Source of the DNA: an uncultured Anaerolineales bacterium
GTDB taxonomy: Bacteria; Chloroflexota; Anaerolineae; B4-G1
DNA length: 40,339 nt
Reading direction: 5' to 3'
NCBI GenBank assembly: GCA_964597105.1
Contig: CAZQXX010000002.1
Span: 1-40,339, forward strand
The translations under genes were made by a program, and so were the position numbers. The first letter of the stretch is position 1. Each line of letters opens with the position of its first letter. A model generated the notes under the pieces. It had not been told where the DNA came from and searched no databases. It saw only the letters and a list, made by a program, of their open reading frames with translations. Positions 1-10,866 of this stretch are shown piece after piece.

Positions 1-1152
1 GATCTCGACCTCGACGGGCACCAAGCTATCGCCACAGCCGAACTCCTCCCCAAGCCGGCCCTCGTCGCCAACGGCCACCAGATAGATTGTCGTCCGGGTG
101 AACCCTGAGGGCGTCGGTGTCACCGACGGCGTGACGTCGAACTCGTCAGAGATCGCACTCACCTGTCCATCCTCCGCAGCGACGACGATGACCCAGCGAT
201 CGTCCGGATCAACAAACTCGGGAATAGTTATCCGCGTCTCGGCCCGACCGTCGGCACCCGTTCTCGCGCGGGCAATGACGTCGTATTCGGAGTCGACACG
301 ACCGATACCGATCTCGACGGCGCTATTCGGCGGGAACCCTCGGGCGGTGACGCGCACGTCCGTGCCAGGCGCCCCCTCACCCGGCGAGATATCGACACCT
401 GGCTCGTACTCGATCTCGGTAACCTGGAAGACGTTCGACACGGCCTCCGCTGGCCCATCCTCGGTCACCACGACGACGACCCAGCGCTCGTCGACTTCTG
501 CGTAGGAGGGAATGGAAACCCCGGTGACCAGAGCGCCGTCCCCATCGCTCTCCAACACGTCCACCACGTCGTATTCGGAGTCCTCCCGGCCCAGGCCCAC
601 CTCAACAGTCTCATCGGGAGGGAACCCTTCGGCCGTGACCTCAACCTCTGTTCCCGGCGGACCGCTCGTGGGTGACAGCTGCACCCGGGGATCATACGGC
701 GAGGCGACGACCTCAAAGGGGTTCGAAACGGCACGAACGGTCTCGTCCGGCGTGGTCGCCACGACCACCCACTCCTCTCCGGGCTCTGCAGACGACGGGA
801 TGGCAAGTCTGGTGGCGAGCGCACCCGCAGAGTCGGCGCGGGGGCTGGCCACGACGTCGTACTCGGAGTCGCTCCGCCCCAGACCGAGCTCAATGTCAGT
901 CTCTGGCGGGAAGCCGGCGACCATCACCTGGATCTCTGTTCCCGGTGAACCGCTCCTCGGTGTGACAATCACGGTCACGCTGGACGGCGTCGAACCCTCT
1001 CCCGCCGTAGGTGACGGGCTGGGCTCAACCGTCTCAGCCGTCGGCGTCTCCTCCGTCTGACCCCGAGCGCACCCCAGCAGCAGGACACCTACAAACAAAG
1101 TAGACAGCATAGCTCTCAGCACTGACCTGGGTCTCCGTCTCACATCTCGCAC
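1..1152 (-). CDS. Lipoprotein with three 96-aa tandem repeats followed by a GerMN-like segment. Partial: the C-terminus lies beyond the left window edge.
   Basis: I read every minus-strand codon from nt 1 to the in-frame stop at 1180-1182 and found no stop. The ORF track omits it because no stop lies inside the window. GTG 1152 lies 8 nt downstream of AAGGAGGA (1161-1168); an alternative ATG is at 1110. The N-terminus (V/M)RDVRRRPRSVLRAMLSTLFVGVLLLGC has a basic n-region, a hydrophobic core and an L-L-G-C lipobox. The last residues in the window, TIYLVAVGDEGRLGEEFGCGDSLVPVEVEI, resemble the start of GerMN-type domains; that comparison is from memory and unverified. Confidence 0.7.
   Translation of the reverse strand, partial: MRDVRRRPRSVLRAMLSTLFVGVLLLGCARGQTEETPTAETVEPSPSPTAGEGSTPSSVTVIVTPRSGSPGTEIQVMVAGFPPETDIELGLGRSDSEYDVVASPRADSAGALATRLAIPSSAEPGEEWVVVATTPDETVRAVSNPFEVVASPYDPRVQLSPTSGPPGTEVEVTAEGFPPDETVEVGLGREDSEYDVVDVLESDGDGALVTGVSIPSYAEVDERWVVVVVTEDGPAEAVSNVFQVTEIEYEPGVDISPGEGAPGTDVRVTARGFPPNSAVEIGIGRVDSEYDVIARARTGADGRAETRITIPEFVDPDDRWVIVVAAEDGQVSAISDEFDVTPSVTPTPSGFTRTTIYLVAVGDEGRLGEEFGCGDSLVPVEVEI
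115..981 (-). repeat. Three in-frame tandem coding repeats with an exact 288-bp (96-aa) period, inside the lipoprotein gene
   Basis: The codons for the D-S-E-Y-D-V stretch recur at 277-294, 565-582 and 853-870, an exact 288-nt spacing. The repeat consensus is SP.SG.PGTE(V/I).V.A.GFPP...VE(L/V/I)G(L/I)GR.DSEYDV(V/I)......G.......IP.......W(V)(V/I)V....DG....(V/I)S(N/D).F. The outer boundaries are approximate. Confidence 0.75.
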
Positions 1153-1226
1153 TTGCTCATTCCTCCTTGCTTCTATCTCTCATCTTCAGCTACGTCGCCG
1201 GCGGCGTTCGATTCCCTGGGGGGCAC

Positions 1227-1868
1227 CTAGCCCGGCGCTCTCTGGAGCAGGTCTCGCACCTGTTCGTTCGTCGTCTGGGAGAAATCCCGGAACGCACCCC
1301 CGACGCCAAAGAAGGGACGAGGCGTCGTGAGACAGAGCACCCGGTCAACCATGTCCTCAAACTCAGCGCAGACGTCGGGCGGGGCCGTGGGGACGGCCAC
1401 AACGATTTTCTGCGGGTTGTGCTCGCGCAACGCGGAGACAGCGGCGCGCATGGTGGCTCCCGTGGCCAGACCGTCATCCACCAGGATAACAGTCTTCCCA
1501 CCGAGATCGATGCTGGGACGAGCCCCACGGTAGATCTGTTCACGATCCTCCAATATCTCCCGTTCCTCCTGCGCCACTCGCTCGATGGTCGCTTCAGAGA
1601 TGCCGAGCCTCTCGACCACGCCCGTGTTCATCACCTGAACGCCCCCGGACGCGATGGCGCCCATCGCGAGCTCCGGATTACCCGGCACCCCCAGCTTCCG
1701 GACGACGAATACGTCGAGGGGCGCGTCCAACGCCTGGGCCACCTCGAAAGCGACAGGGACTCCGCCCCTGGGGAGTCCCAGGACGACGACGTCCTCTTGA
1801 TCCGCGTATTCCGACAGTTCCTCAGCCAGCTGCTGGCCGGCTTGTCCTCTGTCCGCAAACTCTGCCAT
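1227..1868 (-). CDS. Phosphoribosyltransferase-family protein (COG1926-like predicted PRTase), copy 1
   Basis: PRPP-binding loop VILVDDGLATGATMRAAV. The N-terminus MAEFADRGQAGQQLAEEL is co-linear with the neighbouring paralog. I chose ATG 1868 because AGGAG lies about 5 nt upstream. The longer track ORF (to 1946) adds a basic MAKRKRRRRV extension that the paralog lacks. Confidence 0.85.
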   Translation of the reverse strand: MAEFADRGQAGQQLAEELSEYADQEDVVVLGLPRGGVPVAFEVAQALDAPLDVFVVRKLGVPGNPELAMGAIASGGVQVMNTGVVERLGISEATIERVAQEEREILEDREQIYRGARPSIDLGGKTVILVDDGLATGATMRAAVSALREHNPQKIVVAVPTAPPDVCAEFEDMVDRVLCLTTPRPFFGVGGAFRDFSQTTNEQVRDLLQRAPG

Positions 1869-1915
1869 ATGGTCTCCTGATTCTTCAAGGGAAGGCGGGT
1901 GCGGGTACGCGTAGC

Positions 1916-2572
1916 TTACCCTTCTCCGCCGCTTTCGCTTCGCCATCTCTCCATAAGACTGGTAACCTCGCTGTCGGGCACGTCATACCAGCGCTCGTAC
2001 ACCTGGGCGACGGCGCGGAAGAACTTCGGTTGCTCCAGCACCAGAATCTCATCGGCCATCCCATCCCGCTCGCCCCCGATCCGCTCCGCGACCTCGCGAC
2101 CCGCGACCGGGACAGCGACAACGATCTTCCGCGCGCTCCCGTGCCGACAGCACTTAATGGCAGCCTGCATCGTCGATCCCATGGCGATCCCGTCGTCGAC
2201 GAGAATAACGGTTCGGCCGTCCACATCGGGAAGGGGCTCTCCTCGCCGGAGGACCGCGAGCCGCCGCTGGATCTCCTGCCGTTGTTCGTCGATAACCCGC
2301 TCAATAGCTTCGTCGGAGAGCCAGCGGGTGGCATCCCTGAGAATCACGGTGCTGCCGTCCTCGGCGACGGCGCCAAACCCAGCCTCTGGCTGATCCGGAT
2401 AAGGCAGCTTGCGGACAATGAGGAGGGACAGATCGGCGTCCAGGTCCTTCGCGACCTGATACCCCACCTCCACGCCACCCCGGGGTATCGCCAGAACCAG
2501 CACGTCCTCGCCGCGGTAGGGCTCTAGTTCCTGCGCTAACTGCTTGCCAGCGTCTCGCCTATCCTTGAACAT
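1916..2572 (-). CDS. Phosphoribosyltransferase-family protein (COG1926-like), copy 2, a tandem paralog
   Basis: MFKDRRDAGKQLAQELEPYRGEDVLVLAIPRGGVEVG... and the PRPP loop VILVDDGIAMGSTMQAAI. Co-linear with copy 1. Confidence 0.85.
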   Translation of the reverse strand: MFKDRRDAGKQLAQELEPYRGEDVLVLAIPRGGVEVGYQVAKDLDADLSLLIVRKLPYPDQPEAGFGAVAEDGSTVILRDATRWLSDEAIERVIDEQRQEIQRRLAVLRRGEPLPDVDGRTVILVDDGIAMGSTMQAAIKCCRHGSARKIVVAVPVAGREVAERIGGERDGMADEILVLEQPKFFRAVAQVYERWYDVPDSEVTSLMERWRSESGGEG

Positions 2573-2643
2573 CTTGCCTTTCTATTGGTCCCTCTCGCTC
2601 TGCTCCACTCACAGACTCCACGGATCGGAGTGCCGTCCCGTGT

Positions 2644-3096
2644 CTAGATCAGAAGATCGAGCGCCTCTGTCGTCCGATCCCACGTCTCATCATCGGGATT
2701 GGCGACATCCGGATCTACAACGGTCATCAACTGAGCGGTCACCAGAATCAGCGCTCCGATAATGTCTGGCAGCAGGTCGATCACTTCCTGACTCGGCTCA
2801 CGTTCCAGCAGGGGGTAGGTCGCGAGTTGCTCCAATACCGGATCAATATCCAGCTCTTCCTCGTACAACTCGAAGTCTTGCATACTCTCGCGCAGCCCCC
2901 GGGTCAACGGCAGATCCGGCTCCATTATGAGGTCCCGGTTGTCGTAGCTGGCGTGCTGCACCCCCACTAGTAGAAGGTCATAGAGTTTGTCGCTCACAAG
3001 ATCCGAGAGTCGTTGCAGATCACTCTTGTCCAAGTCGAGGCCGGACACGAGCCCGACCAACTCCTCCAGTCGATTCGCCCCAAATATCATTGACAT
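2644..3096 (-). CDS. DUF1931-like protein, a single-chain double histone fold (pseudodimer)
   Basis: 150 aa and acidic. ...LDLDKSDLQRLSDLVSDKLYDLLLVGVQHASYDNRDLIMEPDLPLTRGLRES... and ...PVLEQLATYP...DLLPDIIGALILVTAQLM..VDP match my memory of DUF1931 (Aq_328-like) proteins. AGGAGG lies 8 nt upstream of ATG 3096. The CDS call is solid; the family call is moderate. Confidence 0.65.
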   Translation of the reverse strand: MSMIFGANRLEELVGLVSGLDLDKSDLQRLSDLVSDKLYDLLLVGVQHASYDNRDLIMEPDLPLTRGLRESMQDFELYEEELDIDPVLEQLATYPLLEREPSQEVIDLLPDIIGALILVTAQLMTVVDPDVANPDDETWDRTTEALDLLI

Positions 3097-3179
3097 CGTT
3101 GAATCCTCCTATCTCTTCCCGAAATCACTTGAATCGTCTGGACATTCGTGTTGAGATCCTGGCGCCCCGTCAGATCCTC

Positions 3180-3206
3180 AAAAACTTGACGGCTTCACTG
3201 TCGTCA
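3180..3206 (-). terminator. Weak intrinsic-terminator candidate after the MBL gene
   Basis: On the minus strand, UGACG (3206-3202) pairs with CGUCA (3191-3187) across a 10-nt loop. AG and UUUUU (3184-3180) follow. It lies 20 nt after the MBL stop. The stem is only 5 bp. Confidence 0.3.
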
Positions 3207-3225
3207 CAGCTCGCCGCCGGGACAC

Positions 3226-3969
3226 TCAACGCAACACGACCTCCATGCCGTCGTAAGCGATATCTACTTCGGATAGGTCTCGTTCGTCCGCCAGGCTCCG
3301 CATTTCAGCCCGAAGGGTTCGTTTGTCGCCCTCTACAATCTCGGACCCCAGATGGGTGAAAATGGCCCGAGGGACGTCGAGCTTGTGACACCAGGTGAGC
3401 TGAGTTTGGATGGGCACGTGGCCGATGATGACGTCACCTGGCTTCCGCACCATCGAGCGCGTCACCGTCGCTCCGTCACCCACGTAGACCCGCACCCCAG
3501 ACAGCGCGGCCTGGCGATCCTCAATCCACGCGACATCGGGCACATAGAAGATGTCGACCTCTCCAGCGCTGACGCGATACCCCACAGCAGGCGCCCGGGT
3601 GGAGTGGAGGACGGGGAACGCCTCAAAACGGATCCCGGGCGACTGTCCCCCTCCGCCAATTGTTATGAGCTGTCGCTCCGGCATCGTCCGCCGCTGCTCG
3701 ATGTCGAAAGCGTCCATCGTCTCCCACGCCGCTTCTGTAGCGTAGACAGGGCATGGCGCACCCTCCTTCAGGCCAAAGGCGTGATCCGGATGCGCGTGTG
3801 TCACAACGACAGCGTCGACCTCCCAGTCTCCAACCTCATCCAGCCAATCCTCGCCGCAGTCGATGATGACCTGGGCCTCGTAGTAGGAGACCTTCATCGA
3901 GCTGTGCATACGGTGCCGTACGGTCCGCGCCTCGATGTTCCCCCGTGTACCCAGGAACGTGAGTTTCAT
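3226..3969 (-). CDS. MBL-fold metallo-hydrolase
   Basis: HxHxDH motif in VVVTHAHPDHAFGL. 247 aa with a typical beta-lactamase-fold layout (MKLTFLGTRG...). Confidence 0.85.
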   Translation of the reverse strand: MKLTFLGTRGNIEARTVRHRMHSSMKVSYYEAQVIIDCGEDWLDEVGDWEVDAVVVTHAHPDHAFGLKEGAPCPVYATEAAWETMDAFDIEQRRTMPERQLITIGGGGQSPGIRFEAFPVLHSTRAPAVGYRVSAGEVDIFYVPDVAWIEDRQAALSGVRVYVGDGATVTRSMVRKPGDVIIGHVPIQTQLTWCHKLDVPRAIFTHLGSEIVEGDKRTLRAEMRSLADERDLSEVDIAYDGMEVVLR

Positions 3970-4080
3970 CGTACCATCTCTAGTGTAACAGAAAACGTCT
4001 CGCGCTGCGTACGGAATGGGTTGGGGTTCCTTTTGGGTTTGGTTGTGAAAAGTTGGAATTTCGTGGGAGGAGATGCGGGC

Positions 4081-5373
4081 CTAATCTGGTCCATCGGACT
4101 GAACGATGACGGTCGGCGCCTCTCCCTCGGTAGCATCTTCGAGGATCGCTCGGACGGCACCCTCTTCCAGACCGCCGCGGCCTTTTATCACTTTCTCAGC
4201 GCGATTCGAGGGATAAGAGCCGCCCGCGGACGCCGCAGAAGACTGATCCCGCAGCTGTGCTGCCGCCACGTCGGAGAGGGCTGCGTACGGAATCCAGCCT
4301 TTTCGAGCGGCGTGGCGGGCCATCGAAAGACTGTCGTCGGCCAATACCAGCTCTCTCCCTGCAGCTGCCACCTCCTGAGCCAGCGCACGAATGGCACGCG
4401 CACGTTCCGGATCAGGACTCACAGTGCGGATGTACACAGCCAGGATGCGGTCGGGATGCTGGTCCACGAGGGTGCAGTAGATCTCGGGATCCGCTTCGCT
4501 ACTGTCTCCGAGGAGGATAAAAGGGAGATCGGCGTAGGTATCGAGGATGGGCCGGATGAGCCCCAGCTTGTGTTCTCGCTGGCGGGTCGGGAGTATCTCG
4601 TCCCGATACACACCCCAGTTGCGCAGGAGAAGCACCGGGCCGCCGGGGATGTTGTTCATCCTGAAAAAGTCCTCGAGAAGATCGTACAGGTTCCAGAGGC
4701 CGTTCGACACGTAGAACATGGGCGCTTTGGCATCCCCGTGAGGGCCTCGATGGAGAGCACGGTAAAAGGCAGCCACCCCTGGCAGAGGAAGACGCGTTCG
4801 GGCATTGCCGAACAGGACGGTGCCGAGCATCTGAAGGAAGTCCCCCACGTCCGACTGGATGACCGTGTCGTCGATGTCACTGATGACCCCGAAGGGCGCA
4901 TCCGGCGGCGGGATGAGGACGGGGGCCGTCGCCCGAACAGGACCGGGCTGCCCCTCACTGACCGGCTCGACAAGCTCCAGCTCGACAGACTGCCACCGCT
5001 TATCGGAGGAAACAGGCTGGGAAGGCTCAAGTACGCACTCGAACATCCCCTCCTCATCGGCAGTCATAGTCTGCTCCACATCCTGGAAGCGTGCTATGAG
5101 GTGGGCATGGGGGACCTCCCGGCTCTGGAGGCGCTTCACCATGTTGATCAGGTTCGTCCACCAGCTATCGGTCTCACTCGGCGGAGCGACTCCACGGTCT
5201 TCGAGCACGCGGCCCATGAGATAGAAGCGCTCAGGCGTCCCGTAGCCGTGATAAGGCTGGATCCTGATCGGGCCCGGCCCTCCCAACGCGTAATAGAGGC
5301 GGTACTTCAAGGCATCGTACCGCCTCTCGATAGCCCTGACATAGGGAGCGATCTTCCGCTGCCAGTCTGTCAT
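4081..5373 (-). CDS. App1-family (DUF2183) phosphatase, a putative phosphatidate phosphatase
   Basis: 430 aa. DxDxT motif in GVISDIDDTVIQSDV. N-terminal IRIQPYHGYGTPERFYLMGRVLEDRG is typical of bacterial DUF2183 proteins. There is no SD upstream; a -10-like TAGTAT sits 10 nt before the ATG. Confidence 0.8.
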   Translation of the reverse strand: MTDWQRKIAPYVRAIERRYDALKYRLYYALGGPGPIRIQPYHGYGTPERFYLMGRVLEDRGVAPPSETDSWWTNLINMVKRLQSREVPHAHLIARFQDVEQTMTADEEGMFECVLEPSQPVSSDKRWQSVELELVEPVSEGQPGPVRATAPVLIPPPDAPFGVISDIDDTVIQSDVGDFLQMLGTVLFGNARTRLPLPGVAAFYRALHRGPHGDAKAPMFYVSNGLWNLYDLLEDFFRMNNIPGGPVLLLRNWGVYRDEILPTRQREHKLGLIRPILDTYADLPFILLGDSSEADPEIYCTLVDQHPDRILAVYIRTVSPDPERARAIRALAQEVAAAGRELVLADDSLSMARHAARKGWIPYAALSDVAAAQLRDQSSAASAGGSYPSNRAEKVIKGRGGLEEGAVRAILEDATEGEAPTVIVQSDGPD

Positions 5374-5494
5374 GAGTCTACGTATACTATGACGTCCGTG
5401 CCAGGACTGGATCCCTCACGCTCCCTATCAGGAGTCGCCGGTGGAAACCCGCGGGCGACCTTCGGGGAGAGAACAGGTGAAAGGACACAACAAT

Positions 5495-5530
5495 GCCCTG
5501 GAGGGCGCCCTGGAGCGTGCCCTCCAGGGC
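5495..5530 (-). terminator. Hairpin / intrinsic-terminator candidate after the small membrane protein gene
   Basis: A perfect 12-bp stem joins gccctggagggc (5495-5506) and gccctccagggc (5519-5530) across a 12-nt loop. It starts 11 nt after the TAG at 5542-5544. On the minus strand it is followed by AUUGUUGUGUCCUUU. Confidence 0.5.
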
Positions 5531-5541
5531 GCTCCGAACGG

Positions 5542-5736
5542 CTACTCCTCTTCGTCGGACGAGCTCGTGACGAACCCAAGGACGAGGCCAAGGGCAGTCC
5601 CCAGGGCGGGCCTATTCAGGATCAGCTTGCCCGCAACGTAGCCGAGCAGAGCCCCCACTATGATGCTCAAGCCGAGGCCACGGCTGGTTGACGTCCTCTC
5701 CTCTTCTGTCGTCGTCTCTTCACGTTCCATCTCCAT
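5542..5736 (-). CDS. Small hypothetical membrane protein (64 aa)
   Basis: MEMEREETTTEEERTSTSRGLGLSIIVGALLGYVAGKLILNRPALGTALGLVLGFVTSSSDEEE has an acidic head and tail and two Gly-rich hydrophobic helices. AGGAGG (5741-5746) lies 4 nt upstream of ATG 5736. The track ORF extends to 5802. Confidence 0.5.
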   Translation of the reverse strand: MEMEREETTTEEERTSTSRGLGLSIIVGALLGYVAGKLILNRPALGTALGLVLGFVTSSSDEEE

Positions 5737-5859
5737 ATCTCCTCCTGGTTGTTCAACACTCTGGTTGGACATTAGGTGCAGGCATCGCCGATGCACCGGC
5801 AAGGATAGCGTCTCCCGACCTGACGAGCTGCCGGGTGTCGAAACAGTCGCACGCCTTCG

Positions 5860-9082
<3,223 letters not shown>

Positions 9083-9126
9083 GACCTCCTCTGGGTCTCT
9101 GGTCGATCAGGCTCCGCTGATGGGCG

Positions 9127-10863
9127 CTACCTCTGGATCAGGGCTTTCAGGTCATCCCAGGTTCTGGTGTTGAGCACATCGTCCGGCTCGAGCCACCCCC
9201 GCCGGGCCTGATCAACGCCGAATCGCAAGAACTTCAACTCATCCGTGCGGTGAGCGTCGGTGGAGATGGCGACCTTCAGCCCCCGCTCCTTCGCCATCTT
9301 GCAGTAGACATCGTCCAAGTCGAGACGATCAGGCTGGGCGTTCAGCTCGAGGAAGCATCCACGCTCCAGCGCGGCGTCCATCAAGCGCCCCACATCGACG
9401 TCGTATCCGGGCCGCTTTCCGATCTGACGAGCGGTAGGATGGGCCAAGATGGTGCAGTTAGGGTTGTCCATAGCCCGGATGATCCTCTCAGTCTGCTCGT
9501 CGGCCGGGAGATCGAAGTGGGAGTGGACAGCGCAGATGACCAGATCGAGCTTCTCAAGAACATCATCCGGAAGGTCGAGGGAGCCATCCTCCATGATATC
9601 GACCTCGACGCTTTTCAGGAGGACGATGTCCTCCATGGTCTCGTTCAAGCGCTCGATGTCCTCAATCCGCTTCTCCAACTCCTCCGCGTTCAGGCCCTGG
9701 GTGACGCCGATATAGGCGGAGTGCTCGGTGATGGCGAGGTATTTGTGACCAAGGGCCTGCGCCGCCCGAGCCATCTCCTCCAGGGTCCCCTGTCCGTCGC
9801 TGGCAGTGGTATGTGACTGGAGGTCGCCCTGGATGTCCTCCAGGGTAATGAGATCAGGAAGCCTTCCCTTTCGGGCGGCGTCTATCTCGCCGCGATCCTC
9901 GCGGAGCTCAGGAGGAATCCATGGGAGATCGAAGAGCTGATAGATCCCCGCCTCACTCGCGCCGGCGATCATCTCTGCCTCCTCGGATTCGTCGTCGACG
10001 TCCCACACGCCGTACTCGTTGATCTTCCATCCCTGTTCCAAGGCGATGTTGCGGAGCGTGATGTTGTGCTGCTTAGAACCGGTGAAGTAGAGCAGGGCCG
10101 CCCCGTAGCTCTGCTCCTCCACAACTCGGAGGTCGACCTGAAGGCCGGACCGGAAGACGACGCTCGAGCGGGTCTCGCCCTGGGAGACGATCTCTGCGAC
10201 ATCCTCATACTCGACGAACCTGGAGATCACCTCCTCGCCCGCATCGCTGGTGGTGAGGATATCGAGATCCCCCACGGTCTCCTTCCTGCGGCGGTAGCTG
10301 CCGGCGGCCTCGGCCCTCTCGACAGCCTCGAGATTGCGCAAGAAATCGAGGAGCGGCTCAACCCTTTCCTCGGCCACATCACGCCGCGTGCGCTGCTCTT
10401 CTCCGCTCCAGCGCTCGAGATCCTCCAAGATCTTCTTCTCCGTCTTCGGTCCCAGCCCGTGTAGATCGCGAATCTCGCCCTGTTCAGCGGCCTGCTGCAG
10501 CTCCTCAAGAGTGGTGACACCACACTCCTGGTAGATCGTCTGCACGCGTTTGGGCCCCAAGCCGGCCACGTCCAGCATCACCGACAGGGTCGGCGGGGTA
10601 CGCTGCTCGATCTCCTCCAGCGCCTTCAGGTCCCCGGTCCGGACAATCTCCGTAATCTTGCCGGCGAGGTCCTCACCGATGCCCGGGAGCTCGGTCAGAT
10701 CTTCTCCAGATTCCACCATGTCCGACACGTTCCTGGACATCGTGGAAATGGTGCGGGCGGCATCTCGGTAGGCGCGGACGCGGTACTGGTTGGCCCCCTC
10801 GATCTCCAGAAGGTCGGCCACCTGGTTGAAGATATCGACGACGTCGGAGTTATACACAGGCAT
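9127..10863 (-). CDS. polX: Family X DNA polymerase with a C-terminal PHP domain (bacterial PolX)
   Basis: 578 aa. The N-terminal HhH / 8-kDa-like region reads VADLLEIEGANQYRVRAYRDAARTI. The Pol-beta palm is GSYRRRKETVGDLDILT...QVDLRVV. The PHP motifs are HTTASDG, AITEHS, AVHSHF, ILAHPT and ISTDAH. Confidence 0.93.
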   Translation of the reverse strand: MPVYNSDVVDIFNQVADLLEIEGANQYRVRAYRDAARTISTMSRNVSDMVESGEDLTELPGIGEDLAGKITEIVRTGDLKALEEIEQRTPPTLSVMLDVAGLGPKRVQTIYQECGVTTLEELQQAAEQGEIRDLHGLGPKTEKKILEDLERWSGEEQRTRRDVAEERVEPLLDFLRNLEAVERAEAAGSYRRRKETVGDLDILTTSDAGEEVISRFVEYEDVAEIVSQGETRSSVVFRSGLQVDLRVVEEQSYGAALLYFTGSKQHNITLRNIALEQGWKINEYGVWDVDDESEEAEMIAGASEAGIYQLFDLPWIPPELREDRGEIDAARKGRLPDLITLEDIQGDLQSHTTASDGQGTLEEMARAAQALGHKYLAITEHSAYIGVTQGLNAEELEKRIEDIERLNETMEDIVLLKSVEVDIMEDGSLDLPDDVLEKLDLVICAVHSHFDLPADEQTERIIRAMDNPNCTILAHPTARQIGKRPGYDVDVGRLMDAALERGCFLELNAQPDRLDLDDVYCKMAKERGLKVAISTDAHRTDELKFLRFGVDQARRGWLEPDDVLNTRTWDDLKALIQR

Positions 10864-10866
10864 GAT

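Noticed and set aside
115-981. The regular 288-bp periodicity, considered as a CRISPR array or satellite
   Set aside because: The units are in-frame coding repeats of one protein and have diverged. They have no spacer-and-repeat structure and no short palindromic repeat, so this is not a CRISPR array.
98-1060. Plus-strand ORFs 98-505 and 512-1060, with repetitive Ser/Thr-rich products
   Set aside because: They are the antisense image of the minus-strand repeat lipoprotein. That gene has a signal peptide with a lipobox, an SD and an uninterrupted frame to the window edge.
3352-5691. A 779-aa plus-strand ORF, the second-longest ORF in the track
   Set aside because: It runs antisense across three well-supported minus-strand genes (MBL hydrolase, App1 phosphatase and the small membrane protein) and their spacers. 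Its product is Arg/Pro/Gly/His-rich and low-complexity, with no motif and no SD. Long antisense ORFs of this kind are a typical artefact in GC-rich DNA.
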